Notes under the pieces: model-generated
What the model saw: only the letters and a program-made list of their open reading frames with translations
Told to the model about the DNA's origin: nothing
Database searches by the model: none
Position numbers and translations under genes: made by a program
Assembly: GCA_032718475.1 (NCBI GenBank)
Contig: JAUCBJ010009090.1
Coordinates: forward strand, 1 to 64,000
Direction of reading: 5' to 3'
DNA length: 64,000 nucleotides
Source: Nemertoderma westbladi
Lineage: Eukaryota; Animalia; Xenacoelomorpha
Shown here: positions 52,647 through 64,000 of the stretch, one piece after another
Numbering within the stretch: position 1 is the stretch's first letter
How the letters are laid out: the number at the start of each line of letters is the position of its first letter

Positions 52647-54478
52647 ACTTATCGAACACTAAATGGGCCCATTAGCACATTAGCTAGGTTCTAAACTTTT
52701 TTTTATTAATATTCATCATAATTATGTTTGAGAAATATGAGATATTAATTTCATTGTAAAAATTACGCGATTCCTGATTTTATACACTACCCGGTTAAAA
52801 AGTACACATGTGATGGGATTAGTCCTTCAATTGTGCCAAAAAATATAATTTATTTTGGGTAAAATAAACTTATCATTCGAGGATAAGACCCCTAGAACAG
52901 TTCTTATAATAAACGTATAATAACAAACACCTCGAAAATACATTGTTGATATAACCCCCCAATTCATCCACATTTCCGACACAAGACCTGCCATAGAACA
53001 AGGTCATGCACATGCTGATGAGTTCTACTGGCGCAGTGGCTAGCAACCGGCACCTGGAGGTTGATGCTAGTATTTGACAATAATATGTTAGTATCGAGAT
53101 TGTAACATACCCCGTTTGTCAGGCAACCATTGATTGTCACATGTCATATACCCTACGTGCAGTATATTGGTGCACATGTGTAGCCCAGTTAAGTCTTTTA
53201 AGTCTGGTGACCTTTGGTGTTGACTAGACCTAAATTATTGGGGTTCTACTTGGCTTGCTAATGCTCCGTCCCTTTCGCTGAGTCTCAATGAAATAACAAG
53301 TTCCAGTTGAAAGCAAACAAAAATTCCATTATATTCACTTCGTTTATTGTTTTGGTTTGAATTATGTGGAACTGTATCCTGCTTGTATCCCTTAAATGAT
53401 AATTTATTGCACGCTGAGACAATAATTCACCGAGACTGGAATTGCGTCAATGTTCCCCTGACTTATTATCTGACGTATTGTTTTAACTAATCTGCCACCC
53501 AAATGAATTCAGGCGTTATTTTCAATGTCAATCTATAATAATTCTAATGTTTCATTATAATAATTATTATTAGTTGCCATTTAACTATATAAAATTATAT
53601 AGCATCTTTTACATTGACGTGATTAATACTTTCTAGATTCTTAAATGGGACAGTTTTTATAAATAGACAAATACTTTGTATCAACACATAAATTATAATG
53701 AACTGTAAACCACCAACCAAGCAAGGAAAACTTTTCGCACGATAACTAATTAGCTAGTCGAGTCTAGTCCTCAAGAACAGAATGAGCATATACAGAACAA
53801 ACAGAAGATACATGATATATAATCACATTCTTCAATAAGAAACTTCAAAAAAGTTGGTAAGCAGCGATATCGACCTACTCGTTTTAATTTTCGATTTGTT
53901 ACCAACAAAATTCGGATTTGGGTTGTCTCTATTTGTTTCGTATATTGATTATTATAGATTGCTTTAACATGCCTTATTTGAACTCATTTGACAGGTGCCT
54001 AAGGCAACACAGAAGCTTCATTTCTAAAGAATTGGAAACATGCGATTATATTGCGAACTGTTTAGATATTCAACACAAGCCCCTATTGAATGGTCGATAA
54101 AGAATCGATTAGCCCTCAGGCTAACTAACTCAACTGTATGTTCAGCACTCTTCATTGATATATGTAGAGTACTGAAATCATATATCCTGTTGACGATGAT
54201 AAATAATACAGAGTTTGTTTTCGAATGGATTACTGTATTCTTGTGCAGGTAAGGCCTGTAATATTACATGTTTCCTGGATAGTAAAGTTGATGTTTTTAT
54301 ATTGATAAGGAAGCCTGGAACAATTGGGTTACCTTGTCATATTGAAAATTAGCATACAAGTTTGGCAAAGTACATAAGTTACATTTACAGTACATCAGTA
54401 GATAAATCACAATGCAGTAGTAGTCGTACAATTATTACCAAACACCGAATGGTTAAATGTGGATATATACATTGTACA

Positions 54479-55125
54479 GGTGTTGTCGCATTTCGGCAAC
54501 TGATAGTAGCGTTAGAGCCGCGTTTCGGCAACTCGTAAACAAAGGCCAACTGGATACTGTATAGAGTCAACAGTATAGAGATAGGTGGAATCTCAATGTC
54601 ACCATCGCGTCGTATCAAAATAGGGTAGAGCAAATCAGTATTATTTATTACCTTTGCCTCATTACGTTTCCCATTATTCATTTTCATTCTACATTATTTT
54701 ACCCACGCCTACTCCAACACTTCTATTTATCAACATTAACCACATTTATCAATCAGACCACAAAATCATATTTTATCATTGCCATATGTGCAAACCGGCA
54801 ATGTACACATATAAATGACCAATTAACAACTCTGCCGTTAACTATAACTAACTTAATAAACTTGTCATCATTTATAATTTACTTACATAATTAATGTAGT
54901 CACAGTTACATTACATGCGAGGGTTTGTGACCTAGTTGCCGAAACGCAACTTCAGTTAGCCGAAATGCAACTACGGGTTGCCGAAACGCAACTACGAGTT
55001 GCCGAAACGTAACTACGAGTTGCCCATACACAACTATAGCAGTTGTGTATAAACGTAATTGTTCGGTTGCCGAAACGCGAATTTGATTTGCCTAAACATG
55101 ACAGTGGCCGAAACGCGACGTAACC
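54479..55125. mobile_element. MITE with 8-bp TSD (MULE/Merlin-like)
   Basis: Imperfect TIRs GGT...GTCGCATTTCGGCAACTG / CAGTGGCCGAAACGCGAC...ACC; TSD ATTGTACA at 54471-54478 and 55126-55133; GTTGCCGAAACG subrepeats. Confidence 0.75.
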
Positions 55126-55739
55126 ATTGTACACACCATCATCAATAGCAAAACCTTTTACCTTGATAAACCTTTAATGGCCCAGTCTAGGATGGAATCC
55201 AGGGTCGAGCTAGGCTGCAGTAGGTCATCCTCTAGACGTACTGGTACTCAGAGACTCAGGCCAGGATCTAACTTGGTAGAAAGAATGGATGTCGAATGCT
55301 CAAATAATGTTCAACCCGTCGTGATATTATGTCACTAAAACATAAAATAAACAAAGCACTACATTAAGATAAGACTTTACTGTTATTTTCGATTTCCGTC
55401 ACATTTAATGAAGAAGATAAAATTGAAATTGTGAATTAAGTAAAGTTCTGCTGGGGTAATGTCACTTTTTTAGTCAAAGTCGTTAACATGATTGACAAAA
55501 AAAGAACACTTTTTTTGTCAACAAAAAAAGTAATGTTGAATTTAAATTTAAAGTAATTTCTATGACTTTGATTTTTTATGCTAGCTAGATTTTGCAAATT
55601 TTTTATAAATGTTATAGAACACGTGTTAGTTATAAATTTTTATAAATATTTACGTTCTAGAACACATTTTTATTTTTTATACTAGCTAGTTTTTTCTACT
55701 TTTTTTTAATGAATTTAATCTTTTTATGTATTATAGAAC

Positions 55740-57607
55740 CATGGCCTACTATATATACGGCCTAACATGTTGTCAATTTGGCCTTAAAAAAAGAAAAGAG
55801 GCCAGTTTTTTTTTACACTATTTTAATATTTTGATATGGGGAGAGTTCTATAAATTTGCTGCAATTTGGCCAACGGACGTAATTGAAGTCTCTTCGTTAA
55901 GCAAGATACTAAATTATTGTTCATAATTAATTGTTCATTATTGTGGTTGACTATGTTCTACGCATGTCCTTAGATCATCATAATGGTGATGGGGTGATGA
56001 TAACTCCACCTACTGGCTCCAGAAGTCGAGGAAATCCTGCCAAGTACCTAACTGATCTAGACTTTGCTGATGACTTAGGAGTACTCTCAGAATCACTAGA
56101 GGGAGCCCAACGGCTCCTCAGCTCATTAGAACATGCTGCTTCTAGTGTTGGTCTTTTTATTAACTCCAGAAAGACCAAAATTTTGACAGTTAACTTTGAA
56201 AGTCCTCAGCAAGTCTCTGATCGGATGAGCATAAGCTCAAAAGATGGTATGCTTGAGCATGTGGATGACTTTTGTTACCTGGGATCATGGATCCGGAAGT
56301 CAGGTGAGGACCTTCGAATACGTAAGGGAAAGGCATGGGCAGCCTTGAATAGGCTTTCCAGGATTTGGAAGTCACCGAGAATTAATCGGAAACTTAAGGT
56401 CCGGTTATTTAGAGCAGCAGTAGTTCCAGTACTCCTCTATGGGAGTCCATGATGGGCTCTAACTGCTGAGGACACCAAATCTCTGGACGGCACATTCACA
56501 AGAATGCTACGCCGGGTTCATTGTGTCAAGTTCAATGCACACATCTCCAACCAGACACTATATAACATTGGAGGTGTCTCATTGGTTCCCCCAAGCTTGA
56601 CACTAGAACAAAATCGCCTCCGCTTTGCAGGACATTGCTTTCGCCGTGAAGACCAGCCAGTAGATAATCTTGTACTTTGGCAGCCTCATGGAGTGAATAA
56701 GCATGGTGGACAGCCCATGACTTTCTTGAGACGCATCTTAAAGGACACTGGCCTTGAAAATGCGGATGATCTAGCAAATGTCATGGGTGATTGGAAGTTG
56801 TGGCGGTGCAATTTTGTCGATAAGCCGGCACAGCATTCTTAAAAATGCAGCTGCAATGCAGCATGCCGATCCTAGTAGTAGTAAGATACTAAATGTTATG
56901 GTAGCTAGTGTTTTAGATAGGTTTAGCTAGTAATTTCAACACTGGTTCCGACATCCTACTTCCCTCTATAAATTTTTTGTAGTAGCTTGCCCTTATTACT
57001 ATTTGTATAGAAAATGTTAGAACATGTTAGCTATTCATTTTTTAAAAGGTTATGTTCTAGAACAAATATTTTTTGTTCTAGAACATTTTTTAGAAGAAAA
57101 TCTGGATTCTATTTAAAAGGCATTATGGAATCGTTCTAAAACGTGTTTAAAATCAATAAAAAAATTTTTCAAAATTTTATTTTATTCACAATATTTTTTT
57201 TTCACAATTTTTTTTATTGATTTTAAACACGTTTTAGAACGATTCCATAACGCCTTTTAAATATAATCCAGATTTTTTTCTAAAAAATGTTCTAGAACAA
57301 AAAATATTTGTTCTAGAACATATTTTTTTTAAAAATGAATAGCTAATATGTTCTGGAACATTTTCTATACAAATAGTAATAAGAACTAGCTACTACAAAA
57401 AATTTATAAAGGGAAGTAGGATGTCGGAACCAGTGTTGAAATTACTAGCTAAATATATCTAAAACACTAGCTACCATAAAATGTAGTATCTTGCTTAACG
57501 AAGAGACTCTCCCCATATCAAAATATTAAAATAGTGTAAAGAAAAACTGGCCTCTTTTTTTAAGGCCAAATCGACAACATGTTAGGCCGTATATATAGTA
57601 GGCCATG
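55740..57607. mobile_element. P-superfamily-like foldback element (long inverted arms, 7-bp TSD) interrupted by a LINE
   Basis: Termini CATGGCCTACTATATATACGGCC / GGCCGTATATATAGTAGGCCATG; TSD ATAGAAC at 55733 and 57608; ~400-bp arms centred near 57190. Confidence 0.75.
55915..56882 (+). mobile_element. 5'-truncated RTE LINE copy with 12-bp TSD
   Basis: Nearly identical to 26950-27904; TAG tail; TSD AAGATACTAAAT at 55903 and 56883; stop at 56450. Confidence 0.92.
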
Positions 57608-57705
57608 ATAGAACACGTGTTAGTTATTAATTTTGATAGATATTTTTGTTCTAGAACATTTTTTGGAAAAAAATACCATCCTACTGTCAGAAGTCATCAT
57701 TTCGT

Positions 57706-58138
57706 TCATCATCATCATTTCATAATAATTATTATCATCATTTCATAATAATTATTATCATCATTTCATAATAATTATTATCATCATTTCATAATAATTA
57801 TTATCATCATTTCATAATTATTATTATCATCATTTCATAATAATTATTATCATAATTTCATAATAATTATTATCATCATTTCATAATAATTATTATCATT
57901 ATTTCATAATAATTATTATCATCATTTCATAATAATTATTATCATCATTTCATAACAATTATTATCATCATTTCATAATAATTATTATCATCATTTCATA
58001 ACAATTATTATCATCATTTCATAATAATTATTATCATCATTTCATAATAATTATTATCATCATTTCATAATAATTATTCTCATTATTTCATAATAATTAT
58101 TATCATTATTTCATAATAATTATTATCATTATTTCATA
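57706..58138. repeat. 23-bp AT-rich minisatellite, ~19 copies
   Basis: Unit ATCATCATTTCATAATAATTATT. Confidence 0.95.
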
Positions 58139-59564
58139 ACAATGATAAATAATAAAAAATATCCTTGAAAATAAACAAAATAAAACTCGCAGAGAATTTC
58201 CAAACCCCTGGTAACGGGAGCATAGAACACGTAGTATAAAAACACTTAAAACAGGCCAGGTTGCCAGGTACAGTACCGTTAGCGGTAAGCAGTGCACTGA
58301 TTCTGCCTCCTGAATACGGGCAAATACGTCCCACATACGGTAGCCTACGGTAGGCTACGCGAACTCTTTCAAATACGTACACATACGGCAAAAAGACAAA
58401 CCCGTCTACAATGCAAATAAATAATAATTACAACAGTAATATTAATCAGTAAAACGAATATAATTCAATCTAATAAAAATAATTGAGGCATAATAATCCT
58501 AAACTCAACCGCAACATAAATTGCACAATATATGCCTCTAAAATAATAATAATAAAAAACATCCTTCTGCAAGGCAGGGGTTTCCTAGGCTACTGAAGAC
58601 TGAAACCCAGAATATCAGTTTATTACGGTGGCCCAAGGAGGCGACCGTACTTTTTTCGAGAGCAAACTCTCTTTTTCTCATTTGATACAGTACCGGTATA
58701 TCAAATTGACATTTTGGCATGTCATAATGTCAAAATATCATTTTCAAATTAATATTTTGACATTTAGACATGCCATTATGTCAAAATGTACCGCTACATA
58801 TAATATTTGCATATTAAAAATTGCCTATTTGCAGTTCCTCCGTCTACAGGTGGTATGGTGGTGGCTGAAATGAAAAGATTTTTGAAATGAGCGCATTGAA
58901 AACCTTCAGCAATTTCGTATTATTGTTTATAATCCTTTCTTCCTGGTTGATACATGGCACATTATATTCTAGACTCCAGACTGTGTTTTCTGAGGTATTA
59001 AGCCGTCTGCAGTTACACAGTCTGCCGCTAGGGGGTAAAAGTTATTAGGGGACATCTGCTTAGATTTTGCTTAAAATTCGTTCAAGTTGACATTAACATA
59101 AGTTTATGTCACGTGCTGCGCGCGAAGGTCCCACTTCGTATATTGTATACATACATAACATACATAACAGTACGTGTAAAGATCTGTTTTCTATTTAGCT
59201 ACATGGCCGCGGCGGTATCACGTGAACGTCGTGGCTCGCAGCCGATTTTAAAACGCTCTAGTGGTTTGCATCAGCTGCACTGCCGCTAGGGCTATATCCG
59301 AATCAACTGCAAACGATCTGCATATAAAAACGACGGCAAGCTGAAATGCTGCATAGCTCTTTTGAATTAGCGACAGTGGCAGTGGAACCTACACGTGCAG
59401 CTATCTAAATCGAAAACAGGACTTAAAGGTGTCCTGGCGAACCAACTGGGTTAACTAGTAATTCTAATTATACATTATAAATGTATTATATGTTGAGCCT
59501 CCAGGGGGCTGGAGGGAAGAACTGGGGTGAGGTTCTTGCCACGTATATAAATAAAAGAGTTGAG

Positions 59565-59607
59565 TTCCGTATGCGCATTTCGCCCGTTTCGGGTGTCTTC
59601 AGCGGAA
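59565..59607 (-). ncRNA. Penelope-type minimal hammerhead ribozyme (probably in a pLTR remnant)
   Basis: Minus strand TTCCG-CTGAAGA-C-ACCCG-AAA-CGGGC-GAAA-TGCGCA-TA-CGGAA: stem I, core, stem II (A.C mismatch at base), palindromic stem III. Confidence 0.7.
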
Positions 59608-60205
59608 TATATTAAACATTTAAAAACCAAATTAAATAAAATTCAAAGTAAATTTACAAATAAAACGACTATGGGCAGAACACGTAATTATAGTTAAAGT
59701 AGTATTAAAATATTGATTTATTATTAAGTAATTTAAGCAGGATAAATAATTTATACAATCTATGGATGTTAATACATATAAACAATAATAGTTATTTCAG
59801 TATTTATTATAATATATGTACAAAACGAAGGAAATGAGAAAGTTGATATCAGGCAAAGCTTGACGGATGTAGCTTTGTTTAACAATTAACTACGATTATA
59901 AATGTAGGCCTCCTAGTAGCAAGGCCATATTAGTAGTGCGATTTATCGTAGCTGCCAACAGATTATGTAATGCTGTAATGTGGAAACCCATAGCATTAAT
60001 AATTGCTAAGTTCTAGAACGGTATAATATTAATTAATTAAATGTCTGTCAGTGGGTTATAGAGGAAAACAAATTAATTGGCAACGATGATTACAAGTAGT
60101 AATTTAGGATAAATTGAAATTGAATTTTTGATAATAGTTTTAGAATCAATGTTTCTACATAAGTAGGCGCCTACTATTATTTAGGAAAGGGTTGTACTAA
60201 ATAAA

Positions 60206-63200
60206 ATGGCTGAAGGACAAGGGCCGCAGTTCCTAACCCCAACTGGAACCCCAACAAAGTGTATGAGTAGAGCTAGTTCTAGAGCCAGTTCTAGAGCCAG
60301 TTCCAGAGGTAGTCGCAGAACCCCAGCCGCAACCTCCAATACGGGCAGGAGTCAAGGAACCCCAGCTGGTTCACCGAATAGGGGCGCGAGTAGAGGTAGT
60401 CGTAGAACCCCAGTTGGAACCCCGATAATAGGCATAAGTCTAACCCCAGCTGGAACACCGAAAGGGTGCAAGAGTAGAGGTAGTTCTAGAGCAAGTTCTA
60501 GAAATAAGGGGTCGAGAAAGTCCAAAGCTGAGTCACGATCGGGGTCTCGCATCGGAAAACCGAAGACTCCAGATGAAATTAAACAGCTGGAAGAGATGCG
60601 ATATGAGTTTGATCGAATCGGGGTGACCAACATACCACCACACGACATTCAGGTTGACATATCAATTATCGGAAACTTTCGGTGAGTCAAGTTACCATGG
60701 TACCACTACAGTACATAAAGTATGGGTCGTCATTTTTACCGAACTTTTCAGGCTATTTTGTTCGATTGTTCAAAGATTTTGCACTTGTATTACGTGAGTA
60801 GTCCTACCCGATGGTGGTAAGATTTGTTTAATAATTTATTGCTGTCTTAGCAATAAAACGTTTGTGAACCTCCACACTAAATTACACTCTTAAAGGGAGA
60901 AAGAGAGGGTTAAAGTCGAGAATCCTACTCCATATGCTCGGAAATAATGATGAATCCTTCAGTCCTGGTGGAGGAAAATGAACAAGCAAATTCCTTTAAC
61001 AAATTCATAAACTCATAAATGTCATACTGTCATAACATTATTATTTTTAAATAATAGAGATAATTATGTTGAGGAACATTTTCAAAAAATAGCAAAAAAT
61101 TTAAAAATTGTTCTAGAACGAATAAAAATTGTTTTAGAACTTTTTGCTGTATCAATTTTGAATATTATGTTCTTCATCATTTTCAAAAAACTATATGTAA
61201 AATAAATTTGCTAAAAATGGGCCAAAATATAGACTACAGTAACAGTAGTGCAGAGTGGTGTCCTCCACAATGGAATTTTCCATTCCCAGACAAACATTGG
61301 AATCATGATGGTCAGCAATCCATATAAAAAAAAATTAAAAAATTATGAATTGATGTAACACTAACATTTCTGGAGCCTAGAGGATGAATAATTTGGAACT
61401 TGTTATTATTCTGCCAGAGTTGGCCTACATTATATAATCCTTGTTAGTAATGTCTATTTATTTATTAGGGTGGGTAAGACTTCTATGGCATGGTGTTATG
61501 TTTGCGAGGGCGAATATGAGTTGTCTAAGAGAAGTGGGAGTCTGCCTCTGATAAACTACAGAAACTATATGGACATCTGTGGACAACGAATTCTTATTAA
61601 GGTACCGGTAATCAAATCATACCACACCGCTGACAATGTACAATATATCAAACAATTACATTTGTTATTTAGTTACAGACTAGGTGTGAAGTCCATGAAA
61701 CTACTGTTTCTGTTACAGACTCGTGTACCAGGGGGGACTGAGAGGTCCAAGTTGGGACCCCACATGTCATTTTTCGCCGATGTTCCGGTCTGTTTCTTAC
61801 TCTACGACATCACCAGCCCCAAGTCATTCAAATCGCTTGAGCGCTGGAGAGACGAATACATATACAACTCCTACCTGGACAGAGACGATGTGGTAATGGT
61901 GGTTGTAGGGACCAAAGATGACAAAGACAAGAAACGTCGGGTAATGATCTCTAAATAAAAATTATATGATATAGTGACTTTAGGCACTACCCGATAGGAA
62001 GATACAGAATGATATAAACTCAAAATGAGAAACAAAATTTTTTAATCAATAATTAGGTTTGTGAATCAAACCTAATCAAAATTTTAAAAATAAAATATTT
62101 TATTAAAATCTTAAACAGGATTAGTATAGCCTGGGTATCAAAATTTGGATTATATTGTGTTTTATGTGTGTTATATGATTTTGATTCTAGGAAATTCTAA
62201 AATTCCAGAACATCCCACAATATTATAAAAGAAAATGTTTTGCAATAAAATTGTTACTTTATGGTAGGCCTAGCTAGTAATTCTTTATGTTAGCTACAAA
62301 AAAAGAGAAGTTTTATTTTATGCATTAAATTATATGGCTAATATTACTATGGTATGTATATTGTATAAGCAAAAATTGAAAATTTTAATATTAAATTTTA
62401 TGACTTTTGTTTTTTGTTTTATTTATTGTTCCAGAACATGTTAGCTACTCATTTTTTTTTTAATTATGTTCTAGAACAAATATTTTTTGTTCTAGAACAT
62501 TTTTAGAAAATATATAGATTATATTTAAAACGCATGGAATCGTTCTAAAACGTGTTTAAAATCAATTAAAAAATTTGAAAATTGATTTTAATTTTTAAAC
62601 ACGTTTTAAAATGATTCCTTGCATTTTAAATGGAATCTATATTTTTTCTAAAAATTTTCAAGAACAAAACATAGTAGGATGTCGGAACCAGTGTTTGGAA
62701 TTACTAGCTAAACCTACCTAAAACACTAGCTACCATAAAATTTAGCACACTAATTTTTCTTGTCTGTTGAAATCACTCATTGTGTCCTCTGATTTTGACT
62801 TTTTATGTTATAGTTACATGCACGAAAACAACTATTAAAATCAATCCAAAAAATTTTCAATTTTTGGTTATACATACCTTAGTAATGTCAAATTACAATT
62901 AAACCGATTTGATAATTGAATCAATGCACATTTAGATGTATGTAAGCCAACTGTAGGGATAATCAATTACTAGTTATAATCTATTTTATTAAGTTAATTG
63001 AATATTTTTTCAATGTACTCCATATGTAGGTGACACAGGAAATGGTGGATGCTTTGAGGAAAGAGTGGGCCTCAGTTGGGTACAATAGATTCGGTTGGAT
63101 AGAAACTTCCTGCAAAAATTTCCATAACATCGACATGTTGTTTAAGTGCGCTGCCGTGGTCGCTACGGGGATGGTAAATAATCAAACAAAGAAACTCTAC

Positions 63201-63576
63201 CCACAAATGACTGTAAGTGAGATTTAATATCCCAAAAGTGAACATAGAATGTTACTTATGAGATCCTAAAATCCTAAAGATCCTAAAAACTTAGTTTCAG
63301 CCAAGCCCAAGGTTAAGGTAAATATTATGGTAATTGAATAAAGTTAGTAATCTATGTTCTATAACAGAGAATTCCTAATATCTTGCTAAAACTTCAATTT
63401 CAAATAAACATTATTAAATGTTACAGGAAATATTTCGTGACAAGTTGGATGACACTCGTAGACCGGGTCTTATGGTGGCCTCCAGACCAGATCTCACCAG
63501 TCTTCCAGAACGGATTGCAAGTAGACCCATAAGGAAGACGTTGCTGGAGAGAGATACCTTCTGTACAATTTTATGA
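60206..63576 (+). CDS. Atypical Rab-like small GTPase, 5 exons: 60206-60681, 61469-61601, 61719-61940, 63030-63212, 63427-63576 (387 aa)
   Basis: All four GT-AG introns are phase-consistent; the spliced product has IIGNFRVGKTS (G1), LLYDITSPKSFKSLERWRDE, VVGTKDD (G4), ETSCK (G5) and ends CTIL-stop. Confidence 0.88.
62425..62745. mobile_element. Partial palindromic copy of the 55740-57607 foldback family in Rab-like intron 3
   Basis: Shares ATGGAATCGTTCTAAAACGTGTTTAAAATCAAT and GTAGGATGTCGGAACCAGTGTT...AAACACTAGCTACCATAAAAT with that element. Confidence 0.75.
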
Positions 63577-63847
63577 ACACAGTAGACATTATATTGGATT
63601 TGTAACAACCGCGTACCATAACAAATACAAAAACTAATAAGTAACAAAATGTGTTACAATTATTTGCGATAGTATTATTCTAACAGCTATTATCCAAATT
63701 TAGGTTGATTTCTATATTGTTTCAAATATAATATTGAAGTAAAAAAAAGCATTTAGCATTTATTTATTGTATTTTATGACATTTTTGTGGCGGCATCCTA
63801 GTGTATGTACCGTCAAGTTCAGTAACTGAAAAGGTCACAGGACGGTT

Positions 63848-64000
63848 CCGAGGTCCGAGTAGGACGGAGGTCCGAGTAGGATGGAGGTCCGAGTAGGACG
63901 GAGGTCCGAGTAGGACGGAGGTCCGAGTAGGACGGAGGTCCGAGTAGGACGGAGGTCCGAGTAGGACGAAGGTCCGAGTAGGATGGAGATCCGAATAGGA
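63848..64000. repeat. 17-bp tandem repeat running off the window
   Basis: Unit GGAGGTCCGAGTAGGAC, about 9 copies. Confidence 0.9.

Noticed and set aside
53005-53040. CTGATGAG as a possible third hammerhead
   Set aside because: No stem II followed by GAAA. The same applies to CTGATGA at 5720 and CTGAAGA at 30959 and 58593.
53995-54248. Exon-like segment bounded by ACAG| and |GTAAGG
   Set aside because: No single open frame across it and no recognisable product.
63030-63227. Rab-like protein ending at VSEI without a prenylation motif
   Set aside because: A strong phase-0 GTAAGT donor at 63213 splices to an exon ending CTIL.

Overview
AT-rich eukaryotic (probably invertebrate animal) genomic DNA, dominated by transposons and tandem repeats. 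Three spliced host genes can be built by hand with phase-consistent GT-AG introns: a divergent tetraspanin-like gene (31941-33407, +), POMGNT2 (49356-44597, -, 3 exons) and a very atypical Rab-like GTPase with an Ser/Arg-rich N-terminus, degenerate G2/G3 motifs and a CaaL box (60206-63576, +, 5 exons). The first 6 kb looks like the right end of a large element ending in ACTACT (Maverick/Polinton-type terminus), carrying an intact intronless 570-aa ORFan with its own compact promoter. Other content: three RTE-type LINE copies, a young RTEX-like LINE with a 48-nt poly(A), IS3EU-, Academ-, CACTA-, P-, Crypton- and Helentron-like remnants, and a 5.5-kb 38-bp satellite with nested higher-order structure. 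The most notable signals are (i) a tRNA-like Pol III head fused directly to a hammerhead ribozyme (14110-14210), with a second Penelope-type hammerhead at 59565-59607, and (ii) a strong excess of TAGGCCTA and TACTGTA/TACAGTA words that sibling repeat copies show arose as TA-duplicating insertions (likely transposon excision footprints). All family assignments come from motifs recognised by eye; no database search was run.
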